A stretch of 64,000 nt of DNA from Bermanella sp. (GTDB lineage: Bacteria; Pseudomonadota; Gammaproteobacteria; Pseudomonadales; Oceanobacteraceae), in assembly GCA_034112345.1 (NCBI GenBank), contig JAWUVN010000036.1:2792-66791 (forward strand), given 5' to 3'. The notes below the pieces were generated by a model, which worked only from the letters and a program-made list of their open reading frames with translations, was not told the DNA's origin and ran no database searches. The position numbers and the translations under genes were made by a program. The stretch's first letter is position 1, and each line of letters begins with the position of its first letter. Shown here piece by piece: positions 1 through 9,266 of this stretch.

Positions 1-172
1 AAATTCCTTCTGATCATTCTATTAGTATTTATCGTAAAAAATTGATGGTGATTGCAAGTAAACGTAACAAATAATCAAGGTAGTTTTTTAGACGGTGTGA
101 ATAAATTTAAGTGAATGAAATAATGCCAGTCATTAGGTCGTTCACTTTTTTTATGAGATAAAATTTAGTCTT

Positions 173-1189
173 TTACTTTGGGTTATTAGTACGGAACTCT
201 CCCGGAGAGCATCCTTTCCAGCGGCGAAAAGCTCGAGAGAAACTGGCTGTGTCGGTATAGCCTAATTGAAATGCCATTTCATCCAGTTTCATTTTACTGC
301 CTAGCAGTAATTGCTGTGCAATTTGCTGCCGTTCTTGGTCTAGTAGATTTTTGTAGTTGGTGCCTTCGGCTTCTAGTTTACGGCGTAAGCTGCGAGGTGA
401 CATGGCAAGGGCTTTTGCGACCTCTTCAAATGAGGCAACCAATCCTAGCGCCCCTAATATTTGTTGTCGAACTTGGCCGGTAAAGCCAGATTGTGTACGG
501 CGTTCAAGTTGTTGATGACATTGGTCGCTCATTAGCCTTACAAGTTGCGAATCATATGTGGGTAATATTCGGTCGGCTTCTTCTACGGTAACGCTTAATA
601 AATTATGCGAACAGTTATAAGTCGGTTTGATATTGATTAAGGCCTCAATCTCGGCTGCATGTTCTGGGGCATCACCTTGGAATTCTATTTTAGATAATTT
701 AACTCCAGCTAAGCTAAGTTCATTAATCAAATTTGTGCCTGTGGCAATGTCTCGTTCTAATAAAAATTGCCTGAAGGGTGCTGGTATGCTGCTTGGATCA
801 AGCAATATGTTGAAGTACCCATTTTCTTCATCTTGCACTAAGCGGCAATACGCGGTGCTAAGCGGTTGGTAACGAAGTGCAATAACAGATGCTTCTCGTA
901 AGGTACGGCTGGTGCGCATGGCAAAGCCCCAAACCCCAAATGTGGATACGCTGTATTGCAGTCCTAATCGAAAACCCAATGCTGTTTCATTGGGTAAGGC
1001 CAATATTAAATTTTCAATTAATTTCATTTCTTGCGCGCGAGAAATCAGCGCTTCGCTGTCATGAAATAAATCATCAGAAATGTTGGTGCCCGATAGACAG
1101 GTTTCTTTATCTACACCCAAGCTTGCAGCAAAGTTAAGCATAACTTGGCTGATTACAATGGGGTGGAGTATGGGTTCTATATTCGACAT
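173..1189 (-). CDS. AraC-family transcriptional regulator (OruR/VqsM-like, N-terminal ligand domain)
   Basis: C-terminal double HTH 'VAKALAMSPRSLRRKL...MAFQLGYTDTASFSRAFRRWKGCSPGEFR'; divergent from the desaturase-like gene. Confidence 0.92.
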   Translation of the reverse strand: MSNIEPILHPIVISQVMLNFAASLGVDKETCLSGTNISDDLFHDSEALISRAQEMKLIENLILALPNETALGFRLGLQYSVSTFGVWGFAMRTSRTLREASVIALRYQPLSTAYCRLVQDEENGYFNILLDPSSIPAPFRQFLLERDIATGTNLINELSLAGVKLSKIEFQGDAPEHAAEIEALINIKPTYNCSHNLLSVTVEEADRILPTYDSQLVRLMSDQCHQQLERRTQSGFTGQVRQQILGALGLVASFEEVAKALAMSPRSLRRKLEAEGTNYKNLLDQERQQIAQQLLLGSKMKLDEMAFQLGYTDTASFSRAFRRWKGCSPGEFRTNNPK

Positions 1190-1338
1190 GCTGAAAGTCT
1201 ATCTTATATACCGATGCACGAATAGCAGGCCCTGATCCGCTGGCCGTTTAAGCAAGTTGAAAGGCCTCTATTGCCCTGTGATCATGCGTGCATAGTGACT
1301 AAATTATAATCATTGTATTTGCTTGATTGGAAATTCTT

Positions 1339-2223
1339 ATGTCAGAAGACCTTACTGCGTTGAATAAGCAGGCCATATCGGCCGCCCAAAATCATATGGG
1401 GCATGTTGCATGGCTAACGGTAGGCTTTACTTTTTTAGTGGTACTGGCGTTCGCTATAAATTTGATGTTGTTTGCACAGGGTTTAGTTTCGGCTTGGGTT
1501 TCGGTGTTGATAGTGGGGTTGTTAACGTATTTCTCGTACACGCCCTTACATGAAGCGGCCCATAGAAACATTAATGGTAACAACGAAAAACTTACTTGGT
1601 TAAATGATTTATGTGGTTACTTAGTTGCCCCGATTATTGCGATTCCGTATGCGTCTCATCGCTTAGAGCATTTTACTCATCATCGTTATACCAATCAGCC
1701 TGATAAAGACCCTGATTTTGTGATTAATGGATTGGGTAAAGGTTTATTGATTGGTTTTTGGACAATGATCAAATTCATGTGGGTTCAAAACGCATTTTTT
1801 GCTTTAAACCATTGGAGCCGTGCCACGATTAAAGAGCGCATTGTTTTTTGTATCGAAGTCAGCGTGTCGATTGGCTGGCGTGCGGCGTTTATTTTACTGG
1901 TTGATCAGCCTGGGGTGGCTTGGGTAATTTTAGTAGGCTCTTTAATAGGTGGATTTTTTACCGCGTATTGGTTTGCTTACCGCCCGCACTTACCTTACAA
2001 AGAGCCTAAGCGTTATAAAAATACAAATAGTTTGATTATGCCCGCTTGTATGAAACCGTTTGAGTGGATTTGGTTAGGGCAAAACCTACACTCAATTCAT
2101 CATCTTTTTCCGCGTGTGCCTTTTTATCGTTATCATAAACTGCATGATGAAATAGAGCCCGTACTGCACGCACATGGCACACCGATCATTGGAATATTTA
2201 GCCATAAGCCAATTGATAAATAA
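1339..2223 (+). CDS. Membrane fatty-acid desaturase/hydroxylase-fold diiron enzyme (CrtR-like)
   Basis: His boxes HEAAH, HFTHH, HSIHH plus YRPH motif; several TM segments; ATG 1339 preferred over TTG 1327. Confidence 0.85.
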   Translation: MSEDLTALNKQAISAAQNHMGHVAWLTVGFTFLVVLAFAINLMLFAQGLVSAWVSVLIVGLLTYFSYTPLHEAAHRNINGNNEKLTWLNDLCGYLVAPIIAIPYASHRLEHFTHHRYTNQPDKDPDFVINGLGKGLLIGFWTMIKFMWVQNAFFALNHWSRATIKERIVFCIEVSVSIGWRAAFILLVDQPGVAWVILVGSLIGGFFTAYWFAYRPHLPYKEPKRYKNTNSLIMPACMKPFEWIWLGQNLHSIHHLFPRVPFYRYHKLHDEIEPVLHAHGTPIIGIFSHKPIDK

Positions 2224-2231
2224 TTGAGCTT

Positions 2232-2279
2232 GTATGCTGGGTTACGAAAACCGTAAAAAGGTTTGCTAACCCGCTCTAC
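2232..2279. repeat. REP-doublet-like hairpin, family GTAGGCTGGGTTA (degenerate)
   Basis: GTATGCTGGGTTACG...TAACCCGCTCTAC; same arms as 14402-14456; lies between convergent genes. Confidence 0.6.
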
Positions 2280-2297
2280 CTTTATAATTATTTATCT

Positions 2298-3467
2298 TTA
2301 TAGTGTTGCCATTCTGGCTTGCACGGCTTTTTCAATACGATCTAACGATTCAGCCAATAGGTCTCGTTGGCAACCAAAATTCAATCGCACATAGTCATTG
2401 TCACCAAATTCTGATCCAGCCGACATTCCCACTCCGTATTCTTCAAAATATTTCTGTGGGTTGTCCAGTTTTAGGTCTGCTACGTTTAGCCATGCTAGGT
2501 AGGTTGCTTCGCATGGGCGCATGCTGATGCCATTTATGGTATTAATGCGATCTAAAATCAGTTGATGATTGCCTTGTAGATAAGGGATTAATTTTTGACG
2601 CCATGGCTCGCCGTATTTGTACGCTGCAATCGCGGCCTGCGTACCAATAATGTTTACATGACCTACCAGGCCGAACATTAGGTCGCTGTATTGTTTGCGT
2701 ATTTTTGAATTTGGAATAATAGCAAAAGCACAGTCTAATCCTGCGATGTTAAACGTTTTACTGGGTGCCATTAACGTAATGCTTAAATTAGCTATGTTTT
2801 CATTAAGGCTGGCAATAGGGATATGTTTTTTGTTGTTTAGTATTAAATCGCAATGCACATCATCGCTGCACATAATTAAGTTATGTTTGATGCACATATC
2901 TGCAATGTCTTGCAGTTCATCACGGTTGTATACCTTACCTATGGGATTATGTGGATTGCAAAATAGCATTAGGCCGGTGTCAGGCGTGATGCTTTTTTCA
3001 AAGGCTGGGATATCCAGTTCCCAGTTATCGTTTTTAGCCTGTGTTGAAAAGGTTTGATTCTCGAACTCTAATATGGGCGAATGCTTCATTAAATGAGGGT
3101 AAACGGGCAATGCCGTAGTACCGGCTGGTTTACCATTTTTTATGCTGATAGCACGAGCTACATTTAATCCTTTTACAACACCTGGTGTGAGTACAATCCA
3201 TTCGGGTTGTATGACCCAATCATAATGGGTTTGGCAGTGGTCAACAATCAATTGCATCAGCTCTGGGTTATCTGATCCGTAGCCCAGTACGCCGTGCTGG
3301 CTTCTTTGAGTGATGGCATCCACAATTTCATCGGCGATATGAAAATCCATATCCGCCACCCACATTGGCAGGATGTCTTTATCTTTATAGCGTTTCCATT
3401 TAATGGAATCAGATTCGCTGCGATCAACGGGTTTGCCAAAATAAGGGTAGGTGTGTTGTTCAGACAT
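2298..3467 (-). CDS. PLP-dependent C-S lyase, MalY/PatB family (cystathionine beta-lyase-like)
   Basis: Motifs 'LPMWVADMDF', 'CNPHNPIG', 'SDDVH', 'APSKTFNIAGL', 'VRLNFG'; likely start MSEQH at 3467. Confidence 0.92.
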   Translation of the reverse strand: MSEQHTYPYFGKPVDRSESDSIKWKRYKDKDILPMWVADMDFHIADEIVDAITQRSQHGVLGYGSDNPELMQLIVDHCQTHYDWVIQPEWIVLTPGVVKGLNVARAISIKNGKPAGTTALPVYPHLMKHSPILEFENQTFSTQAKNDNWELDIPAFEKSITPDTGLMLFCNPHNPIGKVYNRDELQDIADMCIKHNLIMCSDDVHCDLILNNKKHIPIASLNENIANLSITLMAPSKTFNIAGLDCAFAIIPNSKIRKQYSDLMFGLVGHVNIIGTQAAIAAYKYGEPWRQKLIPYLQGNHQLILDRINTINGISMRPCEATYLAWLNVADLKLDNPQKYFEEYGVGMSAGSEFGDNDYVRLNFGCQRDLLAESLDRIEKAVQARMATL

Positions 3468-3598
3468 ATTGCTGGTCGCCAAGATCAAAGGTATTAACAA
3501 TTTATTGTATGGGACCAGTGTAAACAGAATTACGCATAAGTGAACAGTTTGAATGCTCAGTTATGCTTGATTGACTTGTCCCTTGATAGGGTAGGGAT

Positions 3599-4318
3599 TT
3601 ATTTGGCTGGAATTAATAGCTCGTTTAAAGCCAATTTATTTGGTCGGTAGGTGTTTACGGCATCTTTTGTTGGATAACCTAATGCTAAGCCGCACACCAG
3701 TTTATAGCCTTCTGGTATATCAAAGTGTTCTTCTAAAGGGGATCGCCACATCCCCAGTGCCCCTTGTGCGCACGTGCCTAAGCCTTTGTTAGTGGCGGAA
3801 AGCATAAGTGATTGCATCATGATGCCTGCATCCACAAAGGCGGTGAATTTCATACCTGGGTGAACAAACACAAATATGGCGGCAGGAGCATCAAAAAATG
3901 TGAAGTTACGAGCCATTTGCTCGTCCCGTGCCTTTGAGTCACCACGTTTGATATCTAATATTTGATATAAACCTCGGCCTGTCTCCATTCGGCGTTTCTG
4001 AAATATACCTGGGTACTTACCAAGAATGGGTTTGAAGTCGCCATCAGGCATGGCCTTGCTTGTTAGTGCCGAAAACACTTTGAGAGGCATGGGTTTGCGC
4101 TGTATTTTGTTTATTTTGTGGTATTTAGCCAATAGTGCCTGGCCCAGTTTTTTGCAGGTATCCCCTGTGGCCACAGCAATTTTATAAGGTTGTGTATTTG
4201 AGCTAGAAGGGGATTCTAATGCGTCTAATAGAATGTCATCTAGAATAGTTTGATCAATTTCTTCATCAGTAAATGCGCGGATGCTTCTGCGAATATTTAA
4301 TACGTCGTTAAATTCCAT
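3599..4318 (-). CDS. Nitroreductase family protein
   Basis: 'RRSIRAF', 'SPSSSNTQPY', 'FFDAP', 'DAGIMMQSLMLSA..GLGTC'. Confidence 0.9.
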   Translation of the reverse strand: MEFNDVLNIRRSIRAFTDEEIDQTILDDILLDALESPSSSNTQPYKIAVATGDTCKKLGQALLAKYHKINKIQRKPMPLKVFSALTSKAMPDGDFKPILGKYPGIFQKRRMETGRGLYQILDIKRGDSKARDEQMARNFTFFDAPAAIFVFVHPGMKFTAFVDAGIMMQSLMLSATNKGLGTCAQGALGMWRSPLEEHFDIPEGYKLVCGLALGYPTKDAVNTYRPNKLALNELLIPAK

Positions 4319-4528
4319 TAGTAAGCTAGCTCTTTTTATTTTTAATCCGTTGGCCTGCTCTGATGATTAGACCCTGACAATACTGATTGTTTTATAAATT
4401 TATCGTGTTGTACCTGAATGCAAAACAGTAAGTAATTTAAAGCATTTAGGCAATAATCGAATAGGCCAAAAAGATTGGCGAGAAAGATTATTCGACTTAT
4501 TTTCTTGGGTTGAATCGGGTTTGTTAAA

Positions 4529-5674
4529 TTAATCTAGATTCTTTTTAAATCGCACTGATGCAAATACTAAACCTGCTATTGTGAATGTAAATAACCATAA
4601 CACATCGTATTCCATATCTAATATGGTGACATCTTTTAACACTATGGATCTTATTAATCGCATAAAGTGTGTAGCAGGAAATACTTCAGCAATGTACTGA
4701 GCTGCTAATGGCATGGCTTCGTAAGGAAACATAAAGCCTGATAATAAAATAGAGGGCAATAATATGAATATGGTCAATTGCGTTGATTGAAGCTGATTAA
4801 CGGTAATTGTCGATATGATTAATCCTAATACTAAACTGGCTGCTATGAACAGTAACGTAGCCAAACCAAGTTGAATTAAGCTGCCATTGATGGGCACAGA
4901 AAAAACCAAATGCCCTAATCCTAAAATGATGATGACTTGTAATAGTCCGATAAAAATATAAGGAAATATTTTTCCTATCATTAACTCGTATGTGCGCACA
5001 GGCGTTGTAATGAGCATTTCTAAATTTCCCCGTTCGCGCTCTCGTACAATGGCGGCAGAGGTAAACATGATCATGGTCATGGTTAGAATAATGCCCACTA
5101 ATCCAGGCACAATATTAACAGCCGTGCGTTGCTCAGGATTGTAAAGCAGTGCGACTTCAAATGTGGGTGTGCTGCGGTTGGTGGGTTTGTTTAGAAGTTC
5201 TGATAACGGCATACTTCTTAGGCTTTTAATTGCACTGGCAATGACGGTATCGCTGCCATCAACTAACCATTGTGCAATGGGGCGGTCAGTTTGTTCATTG
5301 GTGCTGGGCGGGGTGGTAAACCCTAAGCTAGAGTGCCTGGCCACTCTTTGGCTTAAGTCAGGCGGTATGATTAATAGCGCTCGAATTTTTGAACTGGCCA
5401 GTGCAGATTTTGCCGATTGTAAATTATTATACTGTTGTTCAAATTTAACAATTTGAGTGGCTGTTACGGTTTGAATCAGTACCCGACTTAATCCAGTTTG
5501 GCTTTGGTCGTAAACGCCTACAGGAATGTCATGGACATGGGTATTGATAGCATAACCAAATAACATTAATTGAATCAGTGGAATCATAATGACCATGCCA
5601 AAGGTCATGCGGTCTCGTTTTAATTGGATCAGTTCTTTGCCAACAATAGCGGAGATTCGAGATATCATTTTCAT
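4529..5674 (-). CDS. ABC-2 type exporter permease (YbhR/S-like)
   Basis: 'KELIQLKRDR', 'IVRERERGNLEML', 'LLSGFMFP'; ATG at 5674 overlaps the stop of the ATPase gene (ATGA). Confidence 0.9.
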   Translation of the reverse strand: MKMISRISAIVGKELIQLKRDRMTFGMVIMIPLIQLMLFGYAINTHVHDIPVGVYDQSQTGLSRVLIQTVTATQIVKFEQQYNNLQSAKSALASSKIRALLIIPPDLSQRVARHSSLGFTTPPSTNEQTDRPIAQWLVDGSDTVIASAIKSLRSMPLSELLNKPTNRSTPTFEVALLYNPEQRTAVNIVPGLVGIILTMTMIMFTSAAIVRERERGNLEMLITTPVRTYELMIGKIFPYIFIGLLQVIIILGLGHLVFSVPINGSLIQLGLATLLFIAASLVLGLIISTITVNQLQSTQLTIFILLPSILLSGFMFPYEAMPLAAQYIAEVFPATHFMRLIRSIVLKDVTILDMEYDVLWLFTFTIAGLVFASVRFKKNLD

Positions 5675-6600
5675 TGTTGTCTCCCTTTTCCAGTACAGGT
5701 GACAAATACATCTTCTAGGCTGGGTCTTACAATGGCGCATTCATTACGGTCATTGATAAAGGGAAGTTTTGATAAATATAATATCGGGTCTTTGATCTCT
5801 TTTTTAATTAATACTCTTAGTCTTGCGCCCAATTGAGCAGCAGAAATAACGGCTGGTGTGTTAACTAATAATTTTTTTAAAGCACGAATGTCAGTAGCAG
5901 TTAAGTCAATCACATGAGCGTTCATATCTTTCATGAGTTGTTCTGGGCTGCCATCAGCGCGTTTTATCCCGTTTTCTAGAATGGCCAATTTGTGGCAACG
6001 TTCTGCTTCGTCCATGTAGTGAGTTGACACTAAAATAGTGGTGCCTTGATCGCGTAAATCAAATAGTTGCTCCCAAAACTCTCGACGATTTTCGGGGTCA
6101 ACTGCAGATGTTGGCTCGTCTAAAAACAACAGTTTTGGCTGGTGAATAGTGGCACCCGCAAGGGCGAGCCTTTGTCGTTGGCCACCACTCATACTGCCTG
6201 CCAATTGTGTGGTTTTTTGTTCTAATTCAAAAATACTTAATAGTTGTTTAATACGTTGAGCTTGTTGGTGTTTATTTAATCCATAAATTTTGGCTAAGAA
6301 TTGTAGATTTTCTTTAACGGTTAAATCGTCATAGAGCGAGAATTTTTGCGTCATATAGCCTATTTGGTTACGCAACGCTTCTGCTTCACCTGGGAGACTA
6401 AGCCCTAATACCTCAACCTCGCCAGAGGTGGGTTTTAATAGGCCGGTGAGTAATCGAATGGCAGTGGTTTTACCGCAACCATTTGGGCCTAAAAATCCAT
6501 ATATTTTTCCACGCTCAACTTCTAAATCTAAATGGTCAATGGCTTTTAGTTCACCAAAGTGCCGGGAGAGATTGCGTGCAGTAATGGCAAACTGGCTCAT
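5671..6600 (-). CDS. ABC transporter ATP-binding protein
   Basis: Walker A GPNGCGKT, signature MSGGQ, Walker B LLFLDEPT. Confidence 0.95.
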   Translation of the reverse strand: MSQFAITARNLSRHFGELKAIDHLDLEVERGKIYGFLGPNGCGKTTAIRLLTGLLKPTSGEVEVLGLSLPGEAEALRNQIGYMTQKFSLYDDLTVKENLQFLAKIYGLNKHQQAQRIKQLLSIFELEQKTTQLAGSMSGGQRQRLALAGATIHQPKLLFLDEPTSAVDPENRREFWEQLFDLRDQGTTILVSTHYMDEAERCHKLAILENGIKRADGSPEQLMKDMNAHVIDLTATDIRALKKLLVNTPAVISAAQLGARLRVLIKKEIKDPILYLSKLPFINDRNECAIVRPSLEDVFVTCTGKGRQQ

Positions 6601-7571
6601 GGTAATTGTACTTGAGCAGGAACCCCATTGGGTAAATGCGCATATTCTTTGGGCAGTTGAACCTGAGCTAAATACATTAAGCCCGACCGATCTGTTTGGT
6701 TTAATGCATAATAAGGGGTAAAGGCCGGTTGATTAGATACCCAACGGACGGTACCGGTAATGGCACTGGGAACACCGTCTACAAAGACTGGTAATTCTAA
6801 ACCAATATGAATATTCACGCGCTTTGGTTCGGGGACATATAAACGAACAAATGGAGCTGTGCCTGCCAATATCACGGCCACTGGACTGCCTATAATAACG
6901 CGTTCGCCTAAATTCCAAGGTAGGTTATCTAGTATTCCATCACGGGTGGCTTTGATGCTTAAGTTATCCAGTTTTTTATTTTCGCTGGCCAGAACCGCTT
7001 GAGCTGAATGTAAAGAAGCTTCTGCCATTTGTAGATCTTCAATTCGTGTGCCGTTGGTGAGCTGTTGAAGGTTTTTATTAAGTGCATCTAGGCTGGCTCT
7101 TTTTTTATCTCTTAATGCTAATGCTTTATTTAAATTTGCATCACTTGTTAGTTGGTCTTTTGATAAATTTACTTCACGTTGATAGGCGGCTTCTAATTCT
7201 TGTAAATCGGCTTTCTCACCTCTGACTTTTGCAGTAGCAGCAGACACTTCTTCTGGCCTTGCTCCGTGGCGTAATTTTTCAAGGTTGGCTTGCGCAAGTT
7301 CAACACCCGCCTTGGCTTTATTTACTTGTGCTTGTTGTAATGTGTCATCAAATTGAACCAGTAGTGTGCCCTTAGTAACGACACTGCCTGCATTTACGGG
7401 CAGAGCGGTGATGACTTCATTGGTTGTGGCGGTATGAGCAATACGCTCACGTTCGAGTGTCCCCAATACTAAATTTGAATCTTGTGTGTCACAACCAACT
7501 AATAGACCGCTTGTTACCATCAGAGTAAATAGAGCTGGGAGCATGAGGTTTGAATCAATGAAGCGAGTCAT
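6597..7571 (-). CDS. HlyD-family membrane fusion protein (probable lipoprotein)
   Basis: LVGC lipobox-like motif, long coiled coil 'GARPEE..GTRIED', 'FTPYYAL' motif; coupled to the ABC ATPase. Confidence 0.88.
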   Translation of the reverse strand: MTRFIDSNLMLPALFTLMVTSGLLVGCDTQDSNLVLGTLERERIAHTATTNEVITALPVNAGSVVTKGTLLVQFDDTLQQAQVNKAKAGVELAQANLEKLRHGARPEEVSAATAKVRGEKADLQELEAAYQREVNLSKDQLTSDANLNKALALRDKKRASLDALNKNLQQLTNGTRIEDLQMAEASLHSAQAVLASENKKLDNLSIKATRDGILDNLPWNLGERVIIGSPVAVILAGTAPFVRLYVPEPKRVNIHIGLELPVFVDGVPSAITGTVRWVSNQPAFTPYYALNQTDRSGLMYLAQVQLPKEYAHLPNGVPAQVQLP

Positions 7572-7694
7572 AAATTATCCAGTGTTCCGTCTTAAAAATG
7601 AGTAAAGATTTATCTCAGTGTTACAGATAAGCATAAAGATGGCTTGTACTGGATCATGGTAACGCGAAATAAAGCCAAAAACTGGGGTAATTGC

Positions 7695-7987
7695 CTAATT
7701 AAGGACGCCGCTATTGTCTTCGTTAAAAGCGAACTTTAGGCCCATGCCATCGGTGGTGTAGCGTACCACTTTCATGGTTACAATAGGTGCTTGCATAGGC
7801 AGCCTTATCATTTGAACCGAGACCTTTTCACCCAATTCGGGCGGGGTAATGTCCCCTTTTAATATAAAAACACCGCCATCAGATATGTCACCCGAGTCTA
7901 GCAGTACACTGCCTACAGAAGGATGTGTGAATTTAACCTTGGCCTTAACTTTGGATCGCATATCTCTGCGGCGGTTATCGTTTGCAT
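7695..7987 (-). CDS. Single-domain PilZ protein with apparently disrupted 5' end
   Basis: DISDGG (DxSxxG) and terminal 'GMGLKF'; the RxxxR motif (NRRRDMR) starts upstream of the in-frame ATG at 7961, an in-frame TAA lies at 7992-7994, and an out-of-frame ATG is at 7987. Confidence 0.75.
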
Positions 7988-8114
7988 TGGATTAATTGAT
8001 GAACGACAAGTCTTTAAAATCAATGAGTTGATGGATATGAATAAGTATATTTTAAAGCCACTATTTAACTAATTCTCAGCGACTACTGAAAGTCTTATAA
8101 GCTTGTGCAAGGAC

Positions 8115-8375
8115 GTATTATGCACTTTGTGCGTGTGATGTTAAGTTTCTCAGCGATACTTACGGGTTTTTAAGTCGTAGGGTGTATTAGTGCCGTTGGC
8201 CCATAATAGACCTTTATGAATTGGCATTCTTCTAGCTTGGTGAATGAGTTGGATGCTTGAAGGTGTATTACGCACTTTGTACTAATAACACACTACGCGT
8301 GATGTTAAGTTTCTCAGTGGTACGTACGGATTTGTAAGTCGTAGAGTGTATTAGGGCCGTTGGCCCGTAATACAC
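8115..8375. repeat. BIME/REPIN-like cluster: two ~100-bp direct units, each with divergent GTAG-REP hairpins
   Basis: GTAGGGTGTATTAGTGCCGTTGGCCCATAATAGACC (8177-8212), GTAGAGTGTATTAGGGCCGTTGGCCCGTAATACAC (8341-8375), inverted copy 8262-8296; shared spacer GTGATGTTAAGTTTCTCAG...TAAGTC. Confidence 0.8.
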
Positions 8376-8580
8376 AATAAATGTTCACTGTCATATCAAT
8401 TTTAAAAAGCCATTGTTTCACCATTAAATAAGACAATCTCTTAGATGATGTGTTGGAACACTGATTTCCTGTAAAGAAGCTTAAACATGGTTGTGTAACC
8501 CTGATATTAATGATTGTATTCCATATTATTTATTTAGCCCTGCTAACACTTGTTAGCCATTTTTAAAGGCCATTCTATTT

Positions 8581-9264
8581 ATGTTACACGTTAAGAATTT
8601 AAGTAAGACTCTCACATTAGCTGATCAAGCCCTGAATATTTTAGTAGACGTGAATCTAGACGTAAAAGCTGGTGAATCATTGGCTATTGTGGGAAAAAGT
8701 GGTTCGGGAAAATCCACTTTACTAAGTTTGTTGGCTGGATTAGATAAAGCCAGTGTTGGACAAATTTTAATCGGCGGCGAAGACCTTTCACAAATGGATG
8801 AAGATGGGCGTGCAGCGGTTCGAAAAAAACATGTGGGTTTTGTATTTCAAAACTTTCAATTACTGCCACATCTAACCGCATTGGATAATGTCATGCTGCC
8901 GTTAGAGTTGATGGGCAATACGAACGCCAGCGAAATCGCCAAAGAATGGCTTGATAAGGTCGGCCTGAAGGATCGTATCAATCATCAACCAAATCAATTG
9001 AGCGGTGGCGAGCAGCAGCGTGTTGCCATTGCCAGAGCGTTTTGTTGTGAACCCGATTTACTGTTTGCCGATGAGCCAACTGGGAATTTAGATGAGCACA
9101 CAGGTTTAACCATCGAAAACTTATTGTTCACATTAAACAAAGAACTGGGCACTACCTTAATATTAGTTACTCATGATGAACAGCTTGCCAAAAAGTGTCA
9201 GCGTCAAGTTCATCTTGAAGATGGTGTGTTAACAGAATCCACTTCGCAGACAGAGCAGGCCTAA
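8581..9264 (+). CDS. ybbA: ABC transporter ATP-binding protein, YbbA/LolD-like
   Basis: GKSGSGKST, LSGGEQQRVAIARA, FADEPTGNLD; precedes a YbbP-like permease. Confidence 0.85.
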   Translation: MLHVKNLSKTLTLADQALNILVDVNLDVKAGESLAIVGKSGSGKSTLLSLLAGLDKASVGQILIGGEDLSQMDEDGRAAVRKKHVGFVFQNFQLLPHLTALDNVMLPLELMGNTNASEIAKEWLDKVGLKDRINHQPNQLSGGEQQRVAIARAFCCEPDLLFADEPTGNLDEHTGLTIENLLFTLNKELGTTLILVTHDEQLAKKCQRQVHLEDGVLTESTSQTEQA

Positions 9265-9266
9265 TT

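Noticed and set aside
1299-1320. Fur-box-like sequence upstream of the desaturase-like gene
   Set aside because: About 13/19 match in very AT-rich DNA and overlapping a TATAAT -10 element; not distinguishable from background
8115-8375. CRISPR array interpretation of the repeats
   Set aside because: Only two long imperfect units with conserved rather than unique spacers, GTAG-REP hairpins, and no cas genes
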